From positions 5,518,001-5,582,000 of the forward strand of contig JAYWIR010000005.1 in the NCBI GenBank assembly GCA_036172245.1: a DNA stretch of 64,000 bases, written 5' to 3'. This document shows, piece by piece, positions 13,424 through 24,519 of the stretch. The translations under genes were made by a program, and so were the position numbers. Within the stretch, counting starts at the first letter, position 1. Every line of letters starts with the position of its first letter. This stretch comes from Raillietiella orientalis. Lineage: Eukaryota. The notes beneath the pieces are model-generated. The model did no database searches. It was not told where the DNA came from and worked only from the letters and a program-made list of their open reading frames with translations.

Positions 13424-15929
13424 CACGGGCACGCCCTCCACTCACTCCTTGCTCAGCACCCGCTCTCGGGGTTCGCAGCCCGAATCTCCGTGTGCGTGCG
13501 GACGTTTGCAGGAGCGGTCCGTCCACCGGGAAGAAAATCCGGCGGTATCCGCTGGCAGGCCGCGCGACTGACGGGATTTCCCTCAGCCGGCGCCTCCCGG
13601 ACGCCAAAAGCCAACGGAGCGACCGATTGATTCCCGTCGCCTTTCGCCGCCCTGACGGCGATCCCGCTGCCACCACGCCTCCAGTCAGCCCGATGAGAAG
13701 CCACCCGACCCGAGAGACCGCGTCGCGCTTCCCGCCTATTCTCGGGAAGCAGACGTCTCCTCGGACGCGGCTGGGGTGCTTTCCACGGCGAGGGCACTCT
13801 TCAGGTCTACGGTCAAGGGACGCCGGCGTTTGCGACCCTCTCCCCACCCGTCCCCGAGAGGCGGTCCGAGCGGCTGCTTGCCTCACCTCCTCGCAGGACG
13901 CCCTGGCTCCACGAGAGCTGACGACGTCGTCGCACGTTCCCCGGGTCGAAGTCGCGGGAGACGACGCCCGGGCGTCTTCCCCGAGAGAGGCGCCGCCGCC
14001 TTCCCTTCGTCCTCCTCGGTGCCCTGCCCAAGCCGAGCAGTCGCCGCTGCTGCTGCCTTTCCAGCTCCCCGGACGCCGAGGGTCCCCGAGGGATACGCCT
14101 CGTGGCTCGAAGATCGGTTCGCTCCCGCTTGCCTGCGACTCCCGAACCACCCGCTCGCAGCCTGCGAACCCCTCCCTCCTCCGAAGCGTACCGGCGAAAA
14201 CAAGATAGGAGGGCACGCAACTTCCACCCTGCTCCTTCCTTCCTTTTCGTTCTTCTTTCCGAGCAAGGCGGGACATGCGCGCGCCGCAAGTGCACGCGCG
14301 CATGCGGGCAGCAAGATGCACGGGGGAGCCGTCCGGGCAAGCCGTTGCTGTTCACGGGCCCGTTGCCAGGAGAGCGCTCGGGGCCCAGCATCCGTCGAGC
14401 GGAAAAACGGCGGTCGGCCCGATCGCAGAGGGTGCACGACGACGACGCGGTGAAGGTCACAGCCGCCCGCCAGCGATCGGTGTGGAACGGGCCTCGCGCG
14501 CCGCCAGCCACACCGAGCGGAACGGAAGCCGCAGTAGGGAGCTGGGCGCGTCCGCCGCGACGGCTCTCCGGCAACCCCTCGTTCGGGCTGCTCGAAAAGC
14601 AAGCGGAAGAGAAGAAAGAGGAAGGAAGGCGGGGGAAGAAGGGAACGGACGGCCGATGGCGGCGAGGGGGTGGGGTGGGGAGTCGAGTCGCCGCCGCGCA
14701 CCTTCCCCCCCCCCCCACGCTGGAGACTCGCGGGCTCAGCCATATCGGTGACTCCTCCACCCTGCTCTGCCTCCATACTGGCGCGCACTTTCGCCTTCCT
14801 CTTCCTCTGCTCACGTCGTCCGTCGGCGGACGAGGCAGCGTCGGTGGTCGTCGCCCCCTCCCCTGCATCCTTCTCCTCCTTTCCTATGCATCCCCTCCCC
14901 CTCCTCCTACTGGCCTCGACTCTTCCTCCACTGCTTCTCCTGCCTCTCCTCCTTTTCCCCGCGGAGGGGATGCGCCCCTTCCCGTTTCCCCGAAGGCCCG
15001 CCCGCCCGGAACGGGACAGGCGGGAGGAGGCTTTGTTTGCTGCTGCCTTCTTCGCGTACCTCGTGATGCGGAGCGAGCGAAGCGGGGCTCAAGCTGGCGG
15101 CGCCCGTAAGAGAGGAGAGGGTAGGCGCAGCCGCCCACTCCAGCCCTCGAGACGCGGACCCTCGCCAGCTGCGCCCTCCTCGGTCGTTCCTTCCTTCCTT
15201 TTCGTCGCCACAATAGCAGGAGGCGCGTGAGCGTGCCGGACGCCCCTTCGCTACAGCCGGTGATCATCCCCGCTTTTACTCAGTTCGTTCCCTGCGAGCC
15301 CCTCGTCGAACGCCGGCAGCAGCAAAAGTGCGGGAAACGCCGCCTGCCGTCGTCGTCTGTTCGCAGTGGCGACGGTTGTCAACCGCACCTGCAACCGAGC
15401 CTGGAGAGAGGCAGAGAAGACGGGAGCGAGGGAGGGAGAGGGGAAAGAGAGCAGGAGGAAAGGGTGGCGCTGCCGCCGCCGCCTCCCCCGCACGACTTGC
15501 ACGCCGCCGCCGTTGAGCAAGGCGCCTTGGCGGCGTCGTTCCTTCTCCAGCGGAGGGAGGCCTCCGAGCGCGCGGGAAACGCGCACGCGCCCGCACTCCC
15601 GCATGGACCGCTCGCGCTCGCAAGTCGGCAACAGGCGCGCGAAGCAGGCGGGGCAGCACGGAGGCGGTGGCAGCGTCCGTCTCCCTGCAGATAGAGGGAG
15701 AGTGGGGGGGGGGGGGAGGGGGGGGGTTGCTGCTGCTCCTGCTGCTGCTTCCCACGGGGACCCGCGCGCGCGTACGCGCGTCCTTCCTTTCCCTGTCAGG
15801 AGGCGGCGGCGTAGGCAGGGCGCGTTAGCGGCGGCGGTTACCGATTTCAAGGCCGTCGCTTTCCGCTTTCGCGCGTGCGCTCTCGCTCACCCTGGGGGGA
15901 GGGAGATGGGGACGGAGGGAGGAGCGGAA

Positions 15930-16025
15930 GCGAGGATTGGACGTCAGCGCGCGTATTTGAGGAGCCCGTCGAGGAGCGCCCGTCAGCCGTCAGTCGGTCA
16001 GTGGTGGTAGCGTCGGAAGTGTGCG
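15930..16025 (+). promoter_or_regulatory. Probable GST core promoter, possibly bidirectional (left copy; mirrored at ~24661-24756)
   Basis: ATTGG (reverse CCAAT) next to ACGTCA (CRE-like) at ~15936-15946, two TCAGT initiator-like motifs (15990, 15998) and CGGAAGTG (ETS-like, ~16013-16021). A probable 5'-UTR intron (GT..AG, 16091-16161) lies just before the ATG. Confidence 0.5.
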
Positions 16026-16166
16026 TGCGTGCGTGCGATCGATCGAGAGTGGTGCCTTGAACCACCTTTGCCTCGTAACAAGCACAGCTGGTGCGTGCGT
16101 TTTGGTCGCGTTGCCCTTTCGCCACCCTGTTCGTAGCGTTTCGCTCCCCTCCCTGCTGTAGTCACC

Positions 16167-17341
16167 ATGGTGATCGTGCTTTACGCCATGAATGCGAGCT
16201 CGCCGTGCCGCTCGGTGGCGCTGTTCCTGAAGCACGCCAACCTGCCCTGCGAGCTGAAGCACGTCGACCTGTTGACCAAGCAGCAGCTGCAGCCGGAGTT
16301 CCTGAAGGTAGGTCGTCATCGGCCAGAGGGAGTGTGCGGCGGTCTGTAGCGAGCGCCATCGCCCCCGCTTCCCCCTTCCCCCGTTGCGGGGGAGGGACGG
16401 GCGGCGGCGGCGCGTTGCGTTGCGTTCCCGCAGATGAACCTGCAGCACACCGTGCCGACGATCGACGATGAGGGCTTCTACCTGCACGAAAGGTGACCGT
16501 TGGGGGGAATCGGAGAGGGTGGGCAGGGAGAGGTGGTCGGGAAGCGAAGGACCGCTCCTCCTCTTCTGTCTCCGTGCCGCTCTTCAGCCGGGCCATCCTG
16601 CAGTACCTCGCCAACCAGTACTGCTCAGACAATGCCACCCTGTACCCGAAGGACGCCAAGAAGAGGGCCATCGTGGACCGGATGCTCATGTTCGACTTGG
16701 GCACGTTGTACGACCGGTTCGGCCAGTACGTGGTAAGTAGGCGGTACGCGCTCGCCGTGTCCCATCCATCATCCCGCGTGCTCCCCGACGAGCCTGCTCT
16801 TCCTGCTTTTTTGCTCCTGCTCCCGCTCCCTGGTTGCTTTCCTGCCTCCCTCTCCCTGGTTGCTCTCCTGCCTCCCTCTCCCTGTTTCCTTTCCTGCTTC
16901 CGCTCCTGTCGCTCGCGACCAGGAAGTAACCGCGCTTCCCATAGTACCCGGTCTTGTTCGCCTCGGCCACGCCCTGCCCGGAAAAGCGCGCCAAAGTGGA
17001 GGAGGCGCTCGGCTGGCTCGACCAGTACATCGGAGAAAACAACTGGGTCGCCGGCGCCCACCTGACCATCGCCGACTTCGCTTGCGCCGCGTCGGTGGCC
17101 ACGATGCAGGTACGCCGCGCGCCAACGCTCCCTCCCGTTCCTATTCCGCTTGCCCCCTTCCCTTGCCTGAACGCTGGCGGCCGTCTGGTTGCAGCACTGC
17201 GGCTTCGACCTGAGTCAGTGGAAGAACGTGAGCAGGTGGCTGGCCGGCTGCAAGAAGGAACTGCGCGGCTACGAGTCGGAGAACGAGGAAGGAGCGCGCG
17301 CGTTCGGGCAGTGGTACGACAGCGTCAAGAACCGCTCCTGA
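16167..17341 (+). CDS. Glutathione S-transferase, delta/epsilon class, 218 aa, 5 coding exons (copy 1)
   Basis: Exons 16167-16307, 16434-16492, 16588-16732, 16945-17109 and 17195-17341, all GT-AG and in frame. Protein motifs: SSPCRSV (catalytic Ser region), NLQHTVPTIDDEGFYLHESRAILQYL, LYPKD..KRAIVDRMLMFD.GTLY, AGAHLTIADF. Confidence 0.95.
16826..16901. repeat. 26-bp pyrimidine-rich tandem repeat (about 3 copies) in GST intron 3
   Basis: CTCCCTGGTTGCTTTCCTGCCTCCCT unit at 16826, 16852 and (degenerate) 16878. Confidence 0.85.
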
Positions 17342-17372
17342 GCGGGTGCGGCGGCGGATGCTTCCGGTGGCA

Positions 17373-17378
17373 AATAAA
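17373..17378 (+). terminator. Poly(A) signal of GST copy 1
   Basis: AATAAA 31 nt downstream of the TGA. Confidence 0.7.
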
Positions 17379-19482
17379 AGAGAAGCCGAAGGAAAAAAAC
17401 AAACAAACAAACAAACAAGCAAAAAACACACGCGACCTCATCAGCAGAAGGTTTTTCTTGAAAAAGAGGAGAGAAAGAGAAACTCCGGTTGCCGGTCATC
17501 TGCTGCTGCTGCTGCTGCTGCTTTTTCTTCGCTCTTCTTGGTTGTGAGGCGCTCCTGGCGTCCACGCTCGTCCTCCTCCTGCAGGGCGTGACGGTGGTGT
17601 GAGCCCGAGAGGCGAAGAACGATGTTGGGCTTTGGCGGCGACAGCAGCACCAGCAGTTTGTGGTTCGCGCGCCACGACGTGCATTCTGCAGCGGCGGCGG
17701 CGGCGGTGGCCGTAGGCGCGGAGAGGGGACGCTCCAGAGTTCGTCGCTCTTAGGGGAACGCTTGCGGCGTGGGCGAAACGCCGCTCTCGTTCGTTCGAAA
17801 GGCGTGCGGGTCGTCGTCGTCGTGCGGCGTCGGAGCGCTGCGTTCGCGCATGCGTGTTGCCGTCTGCCGTCTGCCCTCGGTTTGGGCGTGCGCGACGCGG
17901 GGCCGTTGGCGGAGCGACGAGGGAGCAGACTCGCGGGCGTCCTGGCACCGCCTGCCTTTCTCCCGTTGAACCCAAGTCTGAAAACTCCAGCACAGAGTAT
18001 TCCCTGTGCGTCCTCGTGAGCAGGGAGGCTGTGGACTGAGGACCGGAGAGGCCGCGATTACAAGCCGGGAGACGCCGGTGTTGGCATCCGTCAAGGTTCA
18101 TGAAAAGATCCCTGAACTGGAGGCGGTATCCGGCGGATGGGACTCAACGGAGAGCGGAAAGGCCCCTTGCCATTGTTCATGTGTTAGATAAGGACCACGG
18201 ATATCCTGAAACGAAGAGGGGAGCGGGGAACATTCGGGTGCATTCGGAACGCATGCAGAGCAACAACAAATGCGTGACTGGTCCTCCAGCACTTCCAGGT
18301 ACGCTGCATGCTTCCCTGCAGCGTAGGCAATGGCGTCTTGGTGTACAGCCGAGGTGCTTCCCGCGAATTACTCGTCCATGAATATATAGGTGGATATCTG
18401 ATGGTTCCGTAGTGGACCATTTGTCCTTTCCGTATTCTTTAACGTGAGCCCATGAGGCTGGCCAGTGGTTTGCCGACACGCTCAAAGGCACTCCACAGCC
18501 TTTGATACCACTTTGGGAATAGGGGATTCCCGAGGACCTCCCCACTCCAACGCAACCCTTTTGGTTGGTGCTGCTGCTCGAAGTCTCCTGATTTTCTGAT
18601 CCACGTCGTTCGACAGCGACGTTCCCACACGTGCTCTGCTTCCAGTTTTTGGCAGTTGCCTTTCGTGATGCTTTCCAGAATTCCCCACGCTTTAGTTCGG
18701 AGTGGCAGGAGACGGAAAAGCATTTCAGGAATGCTGTTGATCTGTGGGAGGGTAGGTTCAGACACCCATTTAGAGAATAGGGAAATACATTAAGAGACAA
18801 ACATAAAAATGAGGGTTACCCTTTCCTGTTGTTAATGTATGTTTAATGTAGAAATGAATGATACGGACAGTAGGAAGATGCCAGGTAAACCCGGTCTCCA
18901 GTTTATTGCAATTATTCTGACCTGGGATCCTCAAGTTTTGAGTGCAGAAGGGAAAACACACAAGCGGGTGGCACGCGTTCCAGTCTCCTTCCGCATCCGT
19001 TTCGAACTGAGAGAATTTGTTGAGGCCATCCCGTCGCCTTGCTTTCGCTCCAAAATCGCGAGTGGCTTTTCTTTCGCGCGCTCCCCCTTGAATTCCCGTT
19101 GAATCCCAGCAGAGTGCTCCAGCTCTGGGAATTCTGTCTCGTAGTTCTCGAGGCATGAAAACTACCTACTCTGCTCCCGCAAGGTACAGCGTCCACCTGA
19201 ATCTTGCTGAAACAATCTGACGAACAACAGCGCAACCCCTTTTGGTTGGTGCTGCTCGAAGCCTCCTTTCTGGAATTTACTGGGAACGCGAAACGGGAAG
19301 CCTCTTTCCCGTTCCTTGGTTCCAGTACATTCTAATCAGCAGCCTGCAGTGCGCCGATCACGAAAACGAGGGAGGATAATCATTAAATCAAGAAACAGAG
19401 AGCGGCAGCAGGAACCACTTGTCATGCCTCCTGCCCTGCCCAAAAGCCAGGTGGATCTCAAAGAGGTGTGACGATTTCGTTC

Positions 19483-19545
19483 AACCAAATTGGGACGTCT
19501 CAGGCAGATTTCGTTCCAGTCTGCCTGAGACCTCCCAATTTTGTT
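19483..19545. repeat. Long hairpin (about 26-bp stem, 2 mismatches, 11-nt loop) in the spacer
   Basis: AAATTGGGAcGTCTCAGGCAGA-tttcgttccag-TCTGCCTGAGACcTCCCAATTT, extendable a few more bp. Confidence 0.9.
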
Positions 19546-19979
19546 AAGTCATCTCAGCCACTGTTCCCCCCCTGCTTTACCTTGACTGATCTGCCACGAA
19601 TTCATTCTAAGCTGATGCACCACTTGGAATTTATGCCGAAGAATACGGCAGAAGGATTCGTGGCATCTCATCTTCCTTTTTCGTCTCGCGTTCTGCACCT
19701 CGTCAGATGAATTGATGCAAGGTTAAACACGTCTCTGGGCTCCGGTACTGATCTCACGTTGCTAATGAGACGTCGGCCAGTTTCAAATACGGCCGCATTG
19801 CGTACTGACTGTCAATTAACTTGTTTTAAATAAAGTTTCTTTTAATACAGGAAAAACAAAACAAAATGTAGGCAACTTCATTACAAAAAAAATATTATAT
19901 ACCATTATCATAAATTGTAAAAAGTATTTGCTGTTTTAGCCGTGAGTACTGAAATAAAAAAGAAAAAACCTGAGAAGTT

Positions 19980-21437
19980 GAGAAGGAAACGCATAGCTCC
20001 GTCAGAAAAATTTTCGAATAAGTTGAAATCTGGTCAACTCATCTCTTAAAGAATTGAAACCTTCGACCCTGAACGCCCGTTGGGAAAAGTTATGGCCAGA
20101 TATTCGTTATTACAGCAAATTCTTCCACTTCATCAGAAACAGATGCAACGCTCGTAGCAACTGTTGCGCAGAGTATTGGTGGAGGGGGGGATTTGTTGAC
20201 ATGCATGGGACAGAAATCACTGAATGAACTCATCACAACCAAGATAGTGACGAAACCGTAGAATTCGTAGAATGAGCACATGGTTCTGGTTCTCGTAACG
20301 ATGAGGAAAGCTCATTCCAGATTTTTAATCAGCAAGAGCAACTACTGCTGCATTGGATACAGACTCTTTGCATTAGACATGAATGAGACAGACATCACCG
20401 ACAGAAATTGGACGATGGAATCCTTTTGGGTGCTTTTCTGTCTTCGCTGTTATTCCTTTCAGCTTTTTTTTTTTTCCTTTTTTTGGTTCGCTGAGTGCCT
20501 GAAGAACCGTCGCGCGCCTGGCGGCCCACGCAGCTCTTTGAGGCTGTTCCACGCCACCCAAGGGCGCGTGTAATTCTTCAAGATAGGGGGCACCCGGTAG
20601 GGGACCGCCTATCACACCTGGAAAGGGATCTACCAAGCGAACCCTGCACTTTGGTTGCATCCGGAGGGACCACCCGCAGGGGGGCTGCTCCATGTATTCT
20701 TCTCGGAAGGGAACCCGGAAAGGATCCTCATATCAGGAATTTCTTCTCCGGAGGGAACCCGCAAGGGAACCGCTCCTGTTTACTCCTCTGAAGGGAATCC
20801 CGAAAGGACGCTTCCATTTGAATTTGGAGACTTTTAAATAACGGGTTAGAAATAGCCAAAATGCTAGAAACATATTTTATGAAATGCATCCTTTCACAGA
20901 GCGCACTCTATCGAATTTAAAAGAAAATTGAATGACTGTCTGTCTATCCCGATGTTTGCCAACCAAAAAAGATCTGGAAAAAGAATTGGTTCTCGATGAC
21001 GATAATGATAGGGACAGAGCTATGGACCCTTCAAGTGATGCATCTGTACAGCGAATATGAAAAAGACCGTGTCGTTGGAACTTATTTGTGGATACTTCCG
21101 ATAGTGGATAAATGTCGAATAGTGAAGCGTTTCTATTTCTGTTTTTCATTAAAAATTGAATAAAAAATACTTTCCCCTTATATCTTTAAATGTGCATTTT
21201 ATTTTTTTGATAAACCTTTACATCTTTTCTAACTATCAGCTTCCCCGTGCATATATAAACAACAGGCACGTGCATACACAGTACATTACCAAACAAAAAG
21301 TCGAAAAAGCATATCAAGATGTCCAATTTATCTTACGCGTTGTACGGGGCTGTTCATCGCGTTGTACGAGTCGCAATTTTTTCGTCGCGTCATACAAATT
21401 CGCGCTACAGGGGAGCGCGCTATCCGGGGGTCCACTA
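19980..21437 (+). mobile_element. Decayed Tigger/pogo-like DNA transposon 3' half, interrupted by a nested repeat
   Basis: Frameshifted C-terminal transposase motifs KELKPSTLNARWEKLWPDI (~20048-20105), AQSIGGGG/FVDM..TEI (~20166-20220) and, after the insertion, GLEIAKMLETYF..HPFTER../EFKRKLNDCLS (~20840-20945). A TIR-like end CGCGCTATCCGGGGGTCCACTA lies at 21416-21437. Confidence 0.65.
20411..20815 (+). repeat. Dispersed repeat family, copy A, with internal ~40-44-nt degenerate tandem units
   Basis: Shares GATGGAA(A)TCCTTT, CGCAGCTCTTT..GCTGTTCCACGCCAC, AATTCTTCAAGATAGGGGG and CAAGGGAACCGCTCCTGTTTACTCCTC with 43426-43780. Units begin TCYGRAGGGA. Confidence 0.85.
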
Positions 21438-23307
21438 CGTTCCTATTCTCGGTTTCCTCACAAGCCCATGGATGACTCACCGGATGACGGTCATTTACTG
21501 TGATGTGCACGCGTACACAGCGGCACCTCCGAAATTAATACCCACGAAAAATAAATTATCTCTTAAGACGAAGCTAACCATCGTGTGAAGCTGAACGCGA
21601 GAGAGTAGCTGAAAGTGGGGCTGCCTCATCTTTTAGATGCAAGGAGGCTGCAGTCCGTAACAAAGGGAACCGTGATGAACGACGAACCATCACCTGCGGA
21701 TGCAAACAAACCGAAATGGCGTCATTCTGGGAACGTCTCCATCGTAAAACCAAGTGGGCAACAAAATACCACGGAGCCACCGAAGATCTGACAAGCAAAA
21801 AGGATCCATTAACTCTTAAGAATGGTCAACAGGTGTTCGTCATGGCGAGAGTCCTGCGCAATGCATGGTAAACAGTAATGAAAGCTTACTGAAGATCTGG
21901 CTCAAGAGGTTCAGAAAGCTTGCGAATTCTCCTATTCATCCATCATGCAGAAGCCAACAGGCATGCCCCCTCATAGACACAACACATCGGGAGAGTCGAA
22001 AAATCCCCACTCTAGAGACAACTGATTATATTCTCTTGCGTGCCAACCAAATGACACGCACCCGACTACCATCAGGCCTGCTGAGAAACCAAACGCCTTG
22101 CTTGGGTGGAGTTGCGCCTCCCTCGTCGGCCGCCGCCACAACCCCGTGGAAAGAAACCTGCGGGAGGACATCTCTCGGAGGTTTCGCCGCCTGCCCCCAC
22201 TCCACACGCAGACAGCGCGGTCGCTGCTCTCTCCGCAGCTTCGCGCAGCTTCCTCCGCACGCAGAACGAAGGAAAAAGGAGGAATCCTGCCGCGTGCCCC
22301 GGTTTCCTTACTCCAGAGAAAGCAACCTCCTGCGAGAAGTGCCGCAGCAAAGCAAAGAAGCGAAGGCGACCGACCTGCACCAGGAAGGTGTTCCGTCCAC
22401 CCGCAGCCCTCCCAAATCGACGACGACCATGAAGGAAACGACCGAAAGGGACCCAGGCAGCGCAAATTCATGCCAGCTTCCCCTGCGCGAAAGGAAGTGT
22501 CGCCGTGCGTCGCATGCGACTCCACGGTGCCAACGCGGGAAAAGCGCGAGGAGCCGACGGTTGCCCTCCGGATGTCCCGCCTGGAAGAAACCGGGCGACG
22601 GAGCGGGAGCAGGGACCGAAACGAAGGCCGCGCTCGTCCCGGAGGTCGGCCAGCGCCGCTGTCCCAGCGAGCGGCTCCTCGATCGAGCGGAAGCGAAGCA
22701 TCCCTGTGAGCGGGGGAAGACAACCACGGGAAGGCAGGCAGTGCCAGGACGCCCGCGAGTCTGCTCCCTCGTCGCTCCGCCAACGGCCCCGCGTCGCGCA
22801 CGCCCAAACCGAGGGCAGACGGCAGACGGCAACACGCATGCGCGAACGCAGCGCTCCGACGCCGCACGACGACGACGACCCGCACGCCTTTCGAACGAAC
22901 GAGAGCGGCGTTTCGCCCACGCCGCAAGCGTTCCCCTAAGAGCGACGAACTCTGGAGCGTCCCCTCTCCGCGCCTACGGCCACCGCCGCCGCCGCCGCTG
23001 CAGAATGCACGTCGTGGCGCGCGAACCACAAACTGCTGGTGCTGCTGTCGCCGCCAAAGCCCAACATCGTTCTTCGCCTCTCGGGCTCACACCACCGTCA
23101 CGCCCTGCAGGAGGAGGACGAGCGTGGACGCCAGGAGCGCCTCACAACCAAGAAGAGCGAAGAAAAAGCAGCAGCAGCAGCAGCAGATGACCGGCAACCG
23201 GAGTTTCTCTTTCTCTCCTCTTTTTCAAGAAAAACCTTCTGCTGATGAGGTCGCGTGTGTTTTTTGCTTGTTTGTTTGTTTGTTTGTTTTTTTCCTTCGG
23301 CTTCTCT

Positions 23308-23313
23308 TTTATT
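23308..23313 (-). terminator. Poly(A) signal of GST copy 2
   Basis: TTTATT on the plus strand, mirror of 17373-17378. Confidence 0.7.
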
Positions 23314-23344
23314 TGCCACCGGAAGCATCCGCCGCCGCACCCGC

Positions 23345-24519
23345 TCAGGAGCGGTTCTTGACGCTGTCGTACCACTGCCCGAACGCGCGCGCTCCTTCCT
23401 CGTTCTCCGACTCGTAGCCGCGCAGTTCCTTCTTGCAGCCGGCCAGCCACCTGCTCACGTTCTTCCACTGACTCAGGTCGAAGCCGCAGTGCTGCAACCA
23501 GACGGCCGCCAGCGTTCAGGCAAGGGAAGGGGGCAAGCGGAATAGGAACGGGAGGGAGCGTTGGCGCGCGGCGTACCTGCATCGTGGCCACCGACGCGGC
23601 GCAAGCGAAGTCGGCGATGGTCAGGTGGGCGCCGGCGACCCAGTTGTTTTCTCCGATGTACTGGTCGAGCCAGCCGAGCGCCTCCTCCACTTTGGCGCGC
23701 TTTTCCGGGCAGGGCGTGGCCGAGGCGAACAAGACCGGGTACTATGGGAAGCGCGGTTACTTCCTGGTCGCGAGCGACAGGAGCGGAAGCAGGAAAGGAA
23801 ACAGGGAGAGGGAGGCAGGAGAGCAACCAGGGAGAGGGAGGCAGGAAAGCAACCAGGGAGCGGGAGCACGAGCAAAAAAGCAGGAAGAGCAGGCTCGTCG
23901 GGGAGCACGCGGGATGATGGATGGGACACGGCGAGCGCGTACCGCCTACTTACCACGTACTGGCCGAACCGGTCGTACAACGTGCCCAAGTCGAACATGA
24001 GCATCCGGTCCACGATGGCCCTCTTCTTGGCGTCCTTCGGGTACAGGGTGGCATTGTCTGAGCAGTACTGGTTGGCGAGGTACTGCAGGATGGCCCGGCT
24101 GAAGAGCGGCACGGAGACAGAAGAGGAGGAGCGGTCCTTCGCTTCCCGACCACCTCTCCCTGCCCACCCTCTCCGATTCCCCCCAACGGTCACCTTTCGT
24201 GCAGGTAGAAGCCCTCATCGTCGATCGTCGGCACGGTGTGCTGCAGGTTCATCTGCGGGAACGCAACGCAACGCGCCGCCGCCGCCCGTCCCTCCCCCGC
24301 AACGGGGGAAGGGGGAAGCGGGGGCGATGGCGCTCGCTACAGACCGCCGCACACTCCCTCTGGCCGATGACGACCTACCTTCAGGAACTCCGGCTGCAGC
24401 TGCTGCTTGGTCAACAGGTCGACGTGCTTCAGCTCGCAGGGCAGGTTGGCGTGCTTCAGGAACAGCGCCACCGAGCGGCACGGCGAGCTCGCATTCATGG
24501 CGTAAAGCACGATCACCAT
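23345..24519 (-). CDS. Glutathione S-transferase, delta/epsilon class, 218 aa, 5 coding exons (copy 2)
   Basis: Mirror of copy 1, with exons 24379-24519, 24194-24252, 23954-24098, 23577-23741 and 23345-23491. The only difference I saw within the gene is one substitution in intron 3. Confidence 0.95.

Larger units (their letters stand above)
3567..17958. repeat. Left arm of a giant inverted repeat (14,392 bp)
   Basis: Reverse complement of 22731-37159. The ORFs in the supplied track are mirrored (e.g. 4126..5475+ vs 35251..36600-). Identity starts at CTTTCAGCACACG (3567) and ends at GCCTGCCTT (17958). Confidence 0.98.

Noticed and set aside
4126..15850. Long ORFs of 400-680 aa in the arms (e.g. 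4126..5475, 5445..6812, 8312..9766, 9827..11863) and their mirrors
   Set aside because: They are Arg/Pro/Ser/Ala-rich, overlap in several frames and have no recognisable domain. The 678-aa ORF is frameshifted by a homopolymer indel in the other arm. They are expected from high GC.
18961..18975. 13-mer AAGCGGGTGGCAC shared with the minus strand near 3000
   Set aside because: A 13-mer match is expected by chance in a window this size, and the similarity does not extend convincingly.
20660..20815. CRISPR-like appearance of the spaced TCYGRAGGGA units (also 43620-43780)
   Set aside because: The units are degenerate and similar along their whole length, there are no cas genes, and the context is eukaryotic.
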